Shown: positions 47,102 to 56,142, counted from the stretch's first letter. The stretch is DNA of 64,000 bases from Waddliaceae bacterium (GCA_002709385.1 PAQS01000040.1:155066-219065); one strand, 5' to 3'. Program-made: numbers and translations. Notes: generated by a model from the letters alone, not told the origin.

Positions 47102-47503
47102 ATGCAAGGTATAAAACATGTAATCGGAGGAGCAGCTATTGGATTAGGATGCTCTTTCTCTCCAGCTGCATATCACTATGGAAAGGCGGAAATAAATAGT
47201 AGTCTCGGAAATGCAAGAGCTACTCTTGATGAAAAAGGTCAAGCAAAAGAGTGGATGTTTGGTAGTTCTGCTACAGGAGCTTTATTTGGTTTTCTTAGAA
47301 CTTTTAAAGTACAGCCTTGGGGAAAAACTGTGGCAAAACACTACCCAGCATTAGGTTTAGGCTTCCTTACTGCTTGTATAGGTAGTGGAGCTGTAGCTTA
47401 TTCAAAAGGCTGGAACAGTGAGTTCTTACGTATTGTTCGAGCTCAAGAAAAAGAGTTGAAAGAACTAAATGATACTATGGAAGCCTTGATATTTAATATT
47501 TAA
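47102..47503 (+). CDS. hypothetical membrane protein
   Basis: 133 aa. It starts 2 nt after the upstream stop. It has Gly-rich hydrophobic segments and a C-terminal coiled-coil-like tail. Confidence 0.45.
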   Translation: MQGIKHVIGGAAIGLGCSFSPAAYHYGKAEINSSLGNARATLDEKGQAKEWMFGSSATGALFGFLRTFKVQPWGKTVAKHYPALGLGFLTACIGSGAVAYSKGWNSEFLRIVRAQEKELKELNDTMEALIFNI

Positions 47504-47531
47504 TCTGTAAATTGAGAATATTCGATGACGT

Positions 47532-48344
47532 TTAACGTTTGAGCGGAAGAGCTTTGACTGAAGCAGGGCTGGAAATTTTCTGTTCTTCTAAACGGGCATA
47601 TTCATATTTCCAATAAGTGTAACGAGCAAAGCTTAAAACCATCTTCAATCCTAAAACTCCATCTAGAATACCAAGTTGTATGAGTGAGCGATAAAAAAGC
47701 TTCCAGGCAGCTCGTAGAGTAGGAAGATAGTAGATACCTTTTTTTATCTCTCTACTAGCAAGCTTTGCGTATCTTTGTAAAGCAGCGTCATAATCTTCAA
47801 CACTTCTATAAGCATAATGATCTAGTGGGTATTTTAAATCTGCAATTGAACCATCCACAGTGATGCTTTCATGTACAGCTCTATTTTTGAATTTTGCTCC
47901 TGAAGTTTTTTTAAACAAGCGTAGTTGATAGTCAGGGAAGTGACCGCCGTATTTTAAAAAGACATTACCAATATACCACTTACGCGATACTCTAAATGAA
48001 CGTGATTCAGCAGGATTTTGGATAATATAGCGAATTTCATTAGCGAGAGCAGGAGAAATAACTTCATCAGCATCAAGTGATAAAATCCAATCGCTATTAC
48101 ATTCATTAATTGCGAAATTTTTCTGACTTGAAAAGCCTCTCCAGCTTCTTTGAATAACTTTCGCACCAAGACTTTTAGCTATATCAGCTGTGCGATCAGT
48201 ACTAAAGGAATCAACAACGACAATTTCGTCTGCAACATCTTGAGCTGCAGCTATTGTACGAGCTATAATATTTTCTTCATTGTATGTAATGATTGCAACA
48301 GAAAGAGTAATCGACTCTGAATGATTGAAGCCTTGCTCCCGCAT
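47532..48344 (-). CDS. family-2 glycosyltransferase
   Basis: The sequence LSVAIITYNEENIIARTI..VVVDSFSTDRT..LSLDADE has the GT-A fold DxD motifs. Confidence 0.8.
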   Translation of the reverse strand: MREQGFNHSESITLSVAIITYNEENIIARTIAAAQDVADEIVVVDSFSTDRTADIAKSLGAKVIQRSWRGFSSQKNFAINECNSDWILSLDADEVISPALANEIRYIIQNPAESRSFRVSRKWYIGNVFLKYGGHFPDYQLRLFKKTSGAKFKNRAVHESITVDGSIADLKYPLDHYAYRSVEDYDAALQRYAKLASREIKKGIYYLPTLRAAWKLFYRSLIQLGILDGVLGLKMVLSFARYTYWKYEYARLEEQKISSPASVKALPLKR

Positions 48345-48459
48345 TATAATTGCCTCTTTGATAGTCGTCGGTGGCTCTTATAAAAAATAGCCAAGAACTG
48401 AGCCAGACTAACACTTTTCAGCAATATGTAAAAGGCCATTTTTTAGAAAAAAAAGAATT

Positions 48460-49287
48460 TTATTTCTGTTTATAATATAAAATTGCTAAGTAAGACGCAC
48501 CTGCGAGTAAAGCGATAGTCGCTCCAGGAGGCCATTCCATATGGTATGACGTTGCCATTCCCAATAAACATAAGACAGAAGCAATTATTGTAGCTAAAAT
48601 CATCATGGATGAAAGACGTGAAGTGAATAAATTTGCGATCGTAGCAGGGAGTGCCAGCATTGTGATAACAAGAACAATACCTACAATTTGTATAAGAATG
48701 ACAATGGATACTGCGATGAGAGATAAAAGTAAAAAATATAATCCCTGAACATTCAATCCTTCTAGTTCCGCTTGTTCTTCATCAAAACAAATAGCTAAAA
48801 ACTGTTTATGAAAGGCAAAGACTAGTAGAAGAATAATCGCATCTAGTAAGAGGAGGAAAAAGAGATCAGTCTTGCTGACGAAGAGAATATTTCCAACTAA
48901 AAAGTTACTTAGTTCGATGTTGAAACCAGGCGTTTTCGAGATAAAAAGAACACCAGTAGCCATACCAATCGACCACAAAGCTGCAATAACAGAATCTTCT
49001 CGTTGTCGATAATTTAAATGAATCCAACCAATGAGCAAAGCAGATAGAATAGCAGAAACAATGGCACCGTGGATAGGAGATAACCAGTGTATTCCCTGTA
49101 CTCTTTGAAGCCATAAGCTTATACCAATTCCACCCAAAACAGAATGCGCGATACTACCGCTAATAAAAACAATACGTTTAACAACGACATAGCTTCCTAT
49201 AACACCACTTACTAACGAAGCAGCCAAACTAGCCATAACAGCCATTTGGAGTAGGGGATTTGACCATAGAGCTTCAATGAAGTTCAT
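48460..49287 (-). CDS. metal (Zn/Mn-type) ABC transporter permease, ABC-3 family
   Basis: A polytopic protein. I prefer the ATG at 49287 (MNFIEALWSNPLLQMAVMASL), which overlaps the ATPase stop. The track ORF extends to 49395. Confidence 0.8.
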   Translation of the reverse strand: MNFIEALWSNPLLQMAVMASLAASLVSGVIGSYVVVKRIVFISGSIAHSVLGGIGISLWLQRVQGIHWLSPIHGAIVSAILSALLIGWIHLNYRQREDSVIAALWSIGMATGVLFISKTPGFNIELSNFLVGNILFVSKTDLFFLLLLDAIILLLVFAFHKQFLAICFDEEQAELEGLNVQGLYFLLLSLIAVSIVILIQIVGIVLVITMLALPATIANLFTSRLSSMMILATIIASVLCLLGMATSYHMEWPPGATIALLAGASYLAILYYKQK

Positions 49288-50024
49288 CAGCAGTCTCCAC
49301 AAGATGTATCGATTAGAGGGGGATGATAGACTCCCATGGCAAAATGTTGGCAGACTTCTTCGGCTTTGAGACTTGTTAGTTCTTTTTGTACACAAAGAAT
49401 CTGATCAAACTCTTTGATGAGATGCCCTAAATCGTGTGTGATCATCACCATTGTCATTTTACCTTTCAACTTGCGAAAGAGTTGATATAGGTCTTGTGTG
49501 GTATCAGGGTCTAAACTAGCTGTAGGTTCGTCCATCAGTAAAAGCTTGGGTTTTGAAACTAGGGCACGAGCAATTAAAGCTCTTTGAAGTTGCCCTCCAG
49601 AGAGAGATCCTAAGCTATATTCACTAAGGTCAGCTAGTGCCACTTGCTCGAGAGCTTCCATGGCAGCATCTCGGTCTTCTTGACGGTAGCGACCAAATAA
49701 AGGCGCAGCATGAAGACGGCCTGTGAGAACTAATTCAATGACAGAAATAGGAAATTTGCGGTCCATAGGCAATTGCTGAGGAATGTAGGCAATTTCTTTT
49801 CTAGCTTGCTTCGGTGATTTTCCAAAGATTTCAATATTACCTGTACAAGGACGAAGAAAACCTAGTAACAGTTTCAGTAATGTTGTTTTTCCACCGCCAT
49901 TTGGACCAATGATACCGACAAATTCGCCTGCATTTACAGTAAAAGCGACATTCTTAAGTATAGATACAGCAGGGTGATACCAAAAGTGTAAGTTATGAAC
50001 ATTTAAGACAGCTGCTGTTTCCAT
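49287..50024 (-). CDS. metal ABC transporter ATP-binding protein
   Basis: Walker A is GPNGGGKTT, the signature is LSGGQLQRALIAR, and Walker B is LLLMDEPTASLD. Confidence 0.9.
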   Translation of the reverse strand: METAAVLNVHNLHFWYHPAVSILKNVAFTVNAGEFVGIIGPNGGGKTTLLKLLLGFLRPCTGNIEIFGKSPKQARKEIAYIPQQLPMDRKFPISVIELVLTGRLHAAPLFGRYRQEDRDAAMEALEQVALADLSEYSLGSLSGGQLQRALIARALVSKPKLLLMDEPTASLDPDTTQDLYQLFRKLKGKMTMVMITHDLGHLIKEFDQILCVQKELTSLKAEEVCQHFAMGVYHPPLIDTSCGDC

Positions 50025-50031
50025 AAAATAC

Positions 50032-50904
50032 TTAATCTTCTGCCAATTCGTTTGCTAAACGTCTTAAATTTGAAAAGTAATCCTCAGAATAAGGATCAAT
50101 CAACACCAACTCAGCTCCAAGTTCATGAGCAATAAGAGTTGCTCCTTTTTGACTAAATTGAGGTTGTACGTAAATCTTTTTGATAGAATGTTCTCTTGCC
50201 ATTTGAATTGTATGCGTCAATTGCTGAGGTAAAGGATCTCGTCCTTCCCACTCAATTGCAATCTGTTGAAGATTGTACTCTCGGCAAAAATAAGCGAAAG
50301 CACCATGAGAAACCATCATGGAGCGATTGACTACACGACTTAATGATTTCCTCAAATAGAGGTCAAGATCATCTAATTCTTTATTGAGAATGATAAAATT
50401 TTCAGTGATCAACGACGCATGTTCTGGATACAAAGCTTCTAATTCAGAAACAATTATCTGTAGCTGATGTTTCATTAGAGCTGGGCTTAACCATGTATGA
50501 GGGTCTTTACCACTATGACTATGGTCATGATGATGTAAAGTTTCTTCTGCAATTAAATCAATACCATCTCTTAAATCAACAATTTTAGGGGATTTCTTTA
50601 GGTCGCGAACAGCAGAAATAATGCGATCTTCAAAAGCATCTCCAATACGCAACCATAAATCAGCATTTGCAACACGCATAGCTTGTTGTGGTGTTGGCTC
50701 AAAACTATGTGAATTCGCACCTATAGGAACAAGCAAGTCTACGGTAATATGTTCACCAATGAGACGCTCCACAAAATAACGATAAGGAGCAATACTTACT
50801 TCAATGTTAGGCTTCTCTGCTTTCGCAGAAGATTGACAAGAAGAAAATGTCACGAAAATGGCAGCAGACAAAAATATCAATAAATGACGAAGCAAAATAA
50901 GCAC
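50032..50904 (-). CDS. metal ABC transporter substrate-binding lipoprotein (ZnuA/TroA-like)
   Basis: Carries a lipobox-like FSSC and a His-rich loop, HHHDHSHSGKDPHTW. The length is typical of cluster-9 SBPs. Confidence 0.85.
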   Translation of the reverse strand: MLILLRHLLIFLSAAIFVTFSSCQSSAKAEKPNIEVSIAPYRYFVERLIGEHITVDLLVPIGANSHSFEPTPQQAMRVANADLWLRIGDAFEDRIISAVRDLKKSPKIVDLRDGIDLIAEETLHHHDHSHSGKDPHTWLSPALMKHQLQIIVSELEALYPEHASLITENFIILNKELDDLDLYLRKSLSRVVNRSMMVSHGAFAYFCREYNLQQIAIEWEGRDPLPQQLTHTIQMAREHSIKKIYVQPQFSQKGATLIAHELGAELVLIDPYSEDYFSNLRRLANELAED

Positions 50905-51075
50905 AAAAGTTAGGTTTTTTTCGAATTAGATAAATGCGGTTTTAATGATACAGAAAAGAATCATAATCGTATAGATAAGAATTGAGTATAAAATGTAGCT
51001 TTGAATTTGTTTAGATAGAACAAGCTCTTGCCTCATATTGTCTAGTTTAGTTATTCTGAATCCCGTTCCATTCGC

Positions 51076-51163
51076 GGAGGAGTGTCCGAGCGGCCGAAGG
51101 AGCACGCTTGGAAAGCGTGTGTACGTTAATCGCGTACCGCGGGTTCGAATCCCGCCTCCTCCA
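51076..51163 (+). tRNA. tRNA-Ser (anticodon GGA)
   Basis: Hand-folded. The acceptor stem is ggaggag/ctcctcc. The anticodon stem is cacgc/gcgtg with loop ttGGAaa. It has a long variable arm and a T-arm cgcgggttcgaatcccgc. The discriminator-position base is A (51163). Confidence 0.85.
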
Positions 51164-51168
51164 GTATT

Positions 51169-52290
51169 GTGAATGGTGAAGCGCTGGCATTGCCGTTGTG
51201 GCTGGAAAACAGGGGCGCAAAATTCGCAACAACCATTCAGTTGGTGGAAGCGGATCGCTTGTGTAACCCAAACGGCAAGCAGGATAGTAAATATCTTCGC
51301 GCTGGGATTGAGATTGATGCGTATGGCGCACCGCGCGCCTATCATATCCGCAAAAGCCATCCCGGTGATGCCTATTTGGGATTTGGCGTTGATATCAGCG
51401 ATTGGGAGCGTATTCCGTTTGCGACCAGTTTCGGTCGTCGCCGTGTTCTACATATTCATGATAAAGAGCGCACAGGTCAGCATCGAGGGAAGCCGCTTCT
51501 GACCTCCATCATGCCGATGTTTAAAATGCTGGATCATTACGAACGTTCAGAGCTTCAAGCGGCGGTGGTGAATGCCATGATTGCGGCCTTTATTGAAACC
51601 CCGCTGGACGGGGAAAGCATTGGCGAGATGTTTGGCGGATCGGTGGATGATTATCTTGCCGCACGCAATGAATGGGATATTCGCTTGCAGGGTGGATCAA
51701 TCATTCCGATCTTCCCTGGCGATAAGGTTGCGCCCTTTACGCCAAGCCGTCCGAACAGCGGATACGGCCAGTTTGTAGAAAATGTCCTGCGTCATATTGG
51801 TGCGGGTCTCAATATCCCGTTTGAATTGTTGATGAAGGATTTTTCCAAAACCAATTATTCAAGCGCCCGTGCAGCACTTTTGGAAGCGTGGCGCTATTTC
51901 TCGGCGCAACGCCAGTGGCTTGCCACCTATTGGGCAAGACCTGTTTATGAATTGTGGCTCGAAGAAGCGATTAACAAGGGGCTGATTGAAGCCCCTGATT
52001 TTTATGAGAACAAAGCTGCATGGACACGGTGCAAATGGATCGGCCCTGGTCGTGGCTGGGTTGATCCCGTCAAGGAAGCCAAAGCCGCCCATCTTCGGAT
52101 GCAGATTGGTCTTTCCACGCTGGAAGATGAATGTGCATCACAAGGTTTGGATTGGGAAGAAGTCTTGGAACAGCTTGCGCGTGAAAAAGCCAAGATCACT
52201 GAGCTTGGCCTCGCGATCAATGATGTGAACAGCATCTTAAACACCAACACAGAAGATAAACCTCTTGATAATACCGTACATAAACCGTAA
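51169..52290 (+). pseudogene. phage portal protein, lambda (gpB) family, 5'-truncated
   Basis: The 373-aa ORF opens with a GTG 5 nt after the tRNA. Segments VEADRLCNP, NYSSARAALLEAWRYF and GPGRGWVDPVKEAKA match my memory of PF05136/TIGR01539. That family runs to ~500+ aa, so the N-terminal part appears to be missing. Confidence 0.8.
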
Positions 52291-52293
52291 GAT
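52265..52293 (+). promoter_or_regulatory. sigma70-like promoter candidate TTGATA-N17-TAAGAT with ACCGTA repeats
   Basis: Read directly from the sequence. ACCGTA occurs at 52273, 52284 and 52304, a spacing of 11 and 20 bp. The site overlaps the portal stop and lies upstream of the RHH-YfbU gene. Confidence 0.35.
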
Positions 52294-52326
52294 ACGACAT
52301 ATAACCGTATTTAAGAGGAGTGTATT

Positions 52327-53016
52327 ATGGTAGAAAAGACAGAGCGTTTTGAAATGAGATTGTCACAGGAAGTATTTGATCAAGTTGATGAATGGCGAAA
52401 AGATCAAGATGATAATCCTTCACGCGCAGAAGCAGTTAGAAGGCTTATTGAGAATTCGCTTTCTAAATCTCCGTCAATAGCTGGCGGGGAAAAACTTATT
52501 TTGATAATGCTTTGTGATTTATTTAAGAAGCTAAAGATTGATAGTGATATTGAGCCTGATTTCATAGTAGATGTTATCTACGGTGGGCATTATTGGGCAC
52601 TAAAGTGGAAGTATCAGGGATTGTTTCATGGGTATGCCGATACAAACAAAGATGTCACTGAAGTTTGTGACATCCTAGATATGTGGGCTTTTATTGAAAG
52701 AGGATACAATAAACTCAGTAAAAAAGATCAGGATTTTCTGGAGAAAGAACTTTCGCCATTTGGAAAAAACATTCAATTCCCTGGGTTTGACGGCAATAAT
52801 GAAGCTGAACACTTAGGCATTGCACGCTTTTTAATTGAGAAGATGGATAGGTTTGGACACTTCAAAAATCGGGCACATGATTTGAATTCTCATTCACCTT
52901 CACTAGACGGATACAAAAAAATGTTAAATATATTCTTGCCGATGCGTTCTAACTTAATCGGGATTGAGCTTGATGCAAAACAGCTCGTTCAAATAATGAA
53001 TGCAAAATACAAATAA
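52327..53016 (+). CDS. ribbon-helix-helix (CopG/Arc-like) :: YfbU-domain fusion protein (moron)
   Basis: The N-terminus, ERFEMRLSQEVFDQVDEWRK..SRAEAVRRLIENSL, has an RHH pattern. The C-terminal ~165 aa are colinear with E. coli YfbU as I recall it: KLILIMLCDLF with RLILSNQYKMM, FPGFDGNNEAEHLGIARFLI with [20 protein letters not shown], and YKKMLNIF..LDAKQLVQIMNA with YQRMLNVW..LSANEINQIINA. The gene is AT-rich compared with its flanks. Confidence 0.75.
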   Translation: MVEKTERFEMRLSQEVFDQVDEWRKDQDDNPSRAEAVRRLIENSLSKSPSIAGGEKLILIMLCDLFKKLKIDSDIEPDFIVDVIYGGHYWALKWKYQGLFHGYADTNKDVTEVCDILDMWAFIERGYNKLSKKDQDFLEKELSPFGKNIQFPGFDGNNEAEHLGIARFLIEKMDRFGHFKNRAHDLNSHSPSLDGYKKMLNIFLPMRSNLIGIELDAKQLVQIMNAKYK

Positions 53017-53033
53017 AAAACTAAACCACCACC

Positions 53034-53059
53034 AAAAGCCGCCTTCGGGCGGCTTTTTT
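53034..53059 (+). terminator. strong rho-independent terminator inside the head-gene block
   Basis: The hairpin is aaaagccgcc-ttcg-ggcggctttt, followed by tt. Confidence 0.85.
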
Positions 53060-53081
53060 ATTGCAGAATCTAGGAGGAACG

Positions 53082-54290
53082 ATGAGAATCTGGAACCGCA
53101 TAACCGGTGATCCGTGGGCGATCACTGAAACCGCCTTGCACACGATTTTGGAAGTGGCCGCGCGTGAAAATGAAGCGCCAGAGGCGGTTGCTGCAAAACT
53201 TGGTCGTCAATTGCAAAACAGTTATAACGCCACCGAGCGCGATGGTGTAGCGATTATCCCTGTGACAGGGCCGCTCTTTCGGTACGCCAACATCTTCACG
53301 GCGATCAGCGGTGCATCCAGCTATGAATTGATTGCGCGTGATTTTATGAGCGCCCTTGAAAATCCGCAAATAAGTTCGATTATTTTGGATATTGATTCAC
53401 CCGGCGGTGAGGTTAACGGCGTGTCGGAGCTGGCCAGCATGATCTTTGAAGCACGCGGCACAAAACCGATCATTGCTTATGCGTCTGGTGATGCGGCATC
53501 GGGTGCATATTGGATTGCCTCTGCTGCCGATAAAATTGTGGTATCGGAAACATCGGCGCTGGGATCAATTGGCGTGGTTGGTATTTACCGTGGAAAATCA
53601 GCCAAAGAATCCACTGAGACGGTGGAGATTGTGTCCTCACAAAGCCCCTACAAACGCCTTGATCCAATGAGTGATGATGGTCGCGCCAAATTACAAACGC
53701 GTATTGACTCCATGGCCGATGTGTTTGTGTCGACCATTGCCCGCAATCGATCCGTCACGCCTGATCATGTGTTGGAGCATTATGGCGGTGGTGATGTCAT
53801 GATTGGTGCAAATGCCGTCAATGCCGGTTTGGCAGATCGCATCGGATCATTAGAGCGCCTGATTACAGAACTTTCATCCCCGAAAACCCAAAGCCCTCCG
53901 CCAGAGGGCTTTTTTAGTTCAACCCAACCGAAAAAGGAGAAAAAGCCCATGAACCTTGAACAACTGAAAACCGATCATCCCGATCTGGTTGCCTCACTGC
54001 ATGCAGAAGGATCAGCCAAAGAAAAGCAGAGATTGAAGGATATTTTAAGCTGTGAAGCTGCCGAAGGTCGCCAAAAGCTGGCGCAGGAAATTGCACTCCA
54101 TACTGAGATCAATGCTATGGATGCCCAGCATTTGATGAAGAGCGCGCCGAAAGATGAGCCAGAAAAACCGCAATCATCTTCGTTTGATCGCGTGATGTCA
54201 TCCATCCCCAATCCTGAAATCGCCCCTGATGGGGATGATCATATCGCCACTGCCGATACGGTTGCCGACCGCATCGCCTCAACCCGCTAA
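53082..54290 (+). CDS. S49-family prohead protease / minor capsid protein C-like, with C-terminal scaffold region
   Basis: Motifs are ILDIDSPGGEVNG and AYASGDAASGAYWIASAADKIV (SppA/ClpP-like). The ATG at 53082 follows an aggagg RBS; the track ORF starts at a TTG at 53061. Confidence 0.85.
   Translation: MRIWNRITGDPWAITETALHTILEVAARENEAPEAVAAKLGRQLQNSYNATERDGVAIIPVTGPLFRYANIFTAISGASSYELIARDFMSALENPQISSIILDIDSPGGEVNGVSELASMIFEARGTKPIIAYASGDAASGAYWIASAADKIVVSETSALGSIGVVGIYRGKSAKESTETVEIVSSQSPYKRLDPMSDDGRAKLQTRIDSMADVFVSTIARNRSVTPDHVLEHYGGGDVMIGANAVNAGLADRIGSLERLITELSSPKTQSPPPEGFFSSTQPKKEKKPMNLEQLKTDHPDLVASLHAEGSAKEKQRLKDILSCEAAEGRQKLAQEIALHTEINAMDAQHLMKSAPKDEPEKPQSSSFDRVMSSIPNPEIAPDGDDHIATADTVADRIASTR
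53949..54290 (+). CDS. candidate nested in-frame scaffold protein (lambda Nu3-like arrangement)
   Basis: An internal ATG lies in frame with the protease gene and is preceded by AAGGAG at 53934-53939. The product, MNLEQLKTDHPDLVASLHAEG..., is helical and charged. Confidence 0.4.
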   Translation: MNLEQLKTDHPDLVASLHAEGSAKEKQRLKDILSCEAAEGRQKLAQEIALHTEINAMDAQHLMKSAPKDEPEKPQSSSFDRVMSSIPNPEIAPDGDDHIATADTVADRIASTR

Positions 54291-54317
54291 CCCCAACAAT
54301 AAAGGAGACCCAAAACC

Positions 54318-54692
54318 ATGACTCATGCTTCAGGTTTTACCAATCAGGGTGAGTATAAACCCTGTAATTTACTGGCGGGAGAATACCCCCGCATTGAACG
54401 CATCATCACCATTGCTTCTGGCAGTAACCTTACCAAAGGCGCAGTGCTGGGACGCATTACCGCTTCGGGCAAGTTTGTCTTAAGTGCATCTGGCGCAAGC
54501 GATGGCTCAGAAACACCCGATGCCATTTTGGCCGAAAATATCGATGCAAGCGCCGAGGATAAACAAGCCGTTGTGTATTTCAGCGGTGAGTTTAACGAAA
54601 ACGCACTCACGCTTGGCACTGGCCACACGGTGGAAAGTATCCGCGCTGGTTTACGTTCCAAAAGCATCTTCCTTCGCTCAAATCAATCATAA
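54318..54692 (+). CDS. head decoration protein (lambda gpD-like)
   Basis: 124 aa. The sequence LLAGEYPRIERIITIASGSNLTKGAVLGRITASGKFVLS..DGSETPDAILAENIDAS..AVVYFSGEFN matches the gpD family pattern. It sits between the protease and capsid genes. Confidence 0.8.
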   Translation: MTHASGFTNQGEYKPCNLLAGEYPRIERIITIASGSNLTKGAVLGRITASGKFVLSASGASDGSETPDAILAENIDASAEDKQAVVYFSGEFNENALTLGTGHTVESIRAGLRSKSIFLRSNQS

Positions 54693-54712
54693 CCCATAAG
54701 GAGAACACTCAT

Positions 54713-55753
54713 ATGTCTGTAGATATTTTTAGCACCCATGTTCTGACCAAGGTGGTCGAACGGCTGGATCGTCCAAGCTCGTTTTTGCTGGATGTATTTT
54801 TCGGCCAGGAACAAACCGAAGATAGCGAAGAAATCCACTTCGATATCGATAAATCCAAACCACGTTTAACACCTTTTGTGTCACCCTTGGTGGCGGGTAA
54901 AGTCGTGGATGATGAAGGCTATATCACCAAGAGCTTCAAACCGGCATACGCCAAAGACAAACGCCGATTTGATCCAAGCCGTCCGCTCAAGCGCTCCATT
55001 GGTGAAAAAATCGGTGGGACATTGTCTCCGCAACAACGCCTTGAAGCCAATCTCAACCGCACGCTCACCAAGCAGCTTGAAAACCTCACGCGCCGTGAGG
55101 AAGTGATGGCGGCAGAAGCCTTGCGAACAGGAAAAATTACTGTCGCCGGTGAAGATTACCCAACGGTGGTGGTTGATTTTCAGCGTGATCCTGAATTGAC
55201 TGTTGCGCTGGCTGGTTCGTCCCGCTGGGGTGAAACAGGCGTGAATGCGCTCAACAACCTTGAAGACTGGGTTGCCAAAGTGCAGGAGAAATCAGGCGCA
55301 GTTGCCCGCACAGTTGTCATGGACGCGCTGGCATGGCGCGTGTTTAAGGCCGATGCGTCTGTTGAAAAGCTCCTTGATATTCGCCGGTTGCGCGATAACG
55401 CCGGCATTAATCTGGGGCCGATTGCGTTTGGTCAGGGTAATGAGCTTGCCCGCTATGTTGGCTCAATCGGTGATCTGGATTTCTGGGTTTATAACGACCG
55501 TTATGTCGATGAAAGTGATCAGGTGCAAAAACTGCTTCCTGATTACACGGTTTTAATCGGCAGTACGTCGCAGCTTGAAGGCACGCGCTGTTACGGCGTC
55601 ATCCAAGATGAAAAAGCGGCGTATCGGGCGCAGCGTTTCTTCTCCAAATCATGGTTAGAGGAAGACCCTGCTGTGCGCTGGTTGCTGTTGCAATCTGCAC
55701 CGCTCCTTGTGCCGTACCGTCCAAACGCATCATTTTGTGCAACCGTGCGCTAA
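54713..55753 (+). CDS. major capsid protein, lambda gpE family
   Basis: 346 aa. The N-terminus MSVDIFSTHVLTKVVERLDRPSSFLLDVFF and the length are typical of PF03864. Confidence 0.85.
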   Translation: MSVDIFSTHVLTKVVERLDRPSSFLLDVFFGQEQTEDSEEIHFDIDKSKPRLTPFVSPLVAGKVVDDEGYITKSFKPAYAKDKRRFDPSRPLKRSIGEKIGGTLSPQQRLEANLNRTLTKQLENLTRREEVMAAEALRTGKITVAGEDYPTVVVDFQRDPELTVALAGSSRWGETGVNALNNLEDWVAKVQEKSGAVARTVVMDALAWRVFKADASVEKLLDIRRLRDNAGINLGPIAFGQGNELARYVGSIGDLDFWVYNDRYVDESDQVQKLLPDYTVLIGSTSQLEGTRCYGVIQDEKAAYRAQRFFSKSWLEEDPAVRWLLLQSAPLLVPYRPNASFCATVR

Positions 55754-55767
55754 GGGAGGGTTGAATT

Positions 55768-56142
55768 ATGAAGATAACAGCAATCATTACCCTGCATGTT
55801 GACGGCAAAGCTATTCTGCCTGGCAAATCGGTTGATATTTCTGATGAGGAGGCAAAGTCACTGATTGAGCGTGGCTTTGCTAAGTCGGCGGATGTATCAT
55901 CCGTGGCAGAACAAAAGCCTGCTCAGACCCAGCACCCCGAACCCGCCATTGATGATGTGATTGAAGCCATTGAAATCCTCAATCCTGAAACCGACTTTGC
56001 CAAAAACGGCAAGCCAAAGGTGGAAGCGATAGAGGCTGTTCTTGGTCAAAACATCTCTGCCGAAACACGCGATAAGGCGTGGGAGCTTTATCAAAAAGAG
56101 CTGGAGGCTGATGAGGCATCGGGCGATGACGTTCAGGAATAG
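55768..56142 (+). CDS. hypothetical acidic phage protein (FI position)
   Basis: 124 aa. The N-terminus MKITAIITLHVDGKAILPGKSVDISDEEAKSLIERGFA resembles small Mu-like prophage N-terminal domains. Its role is unknown. Confidence 0.5.
   Translation: MKITAIITLHVDGKAILPGKSVDISDEEAKSLIERGFAKSADVSSVAEQKPAQTQHPEPAIDDVIEAIEILNPETDFAKNGKPKVEAIEAVLGQNISAETRDKAWELYQKELEADEASGDDVQE

Noticed and set aside
50926-51502. ORFs 50926-51360 (-), 51047-51331 (-) and 51173-51502 (+) spanning the tRNA/phage junction
   Set aside because: They run straight through tRNA-Ser(GGA) or are off-frame within the portal gene. They mix two compositionally different DNAs. They are artefacts of the junction.
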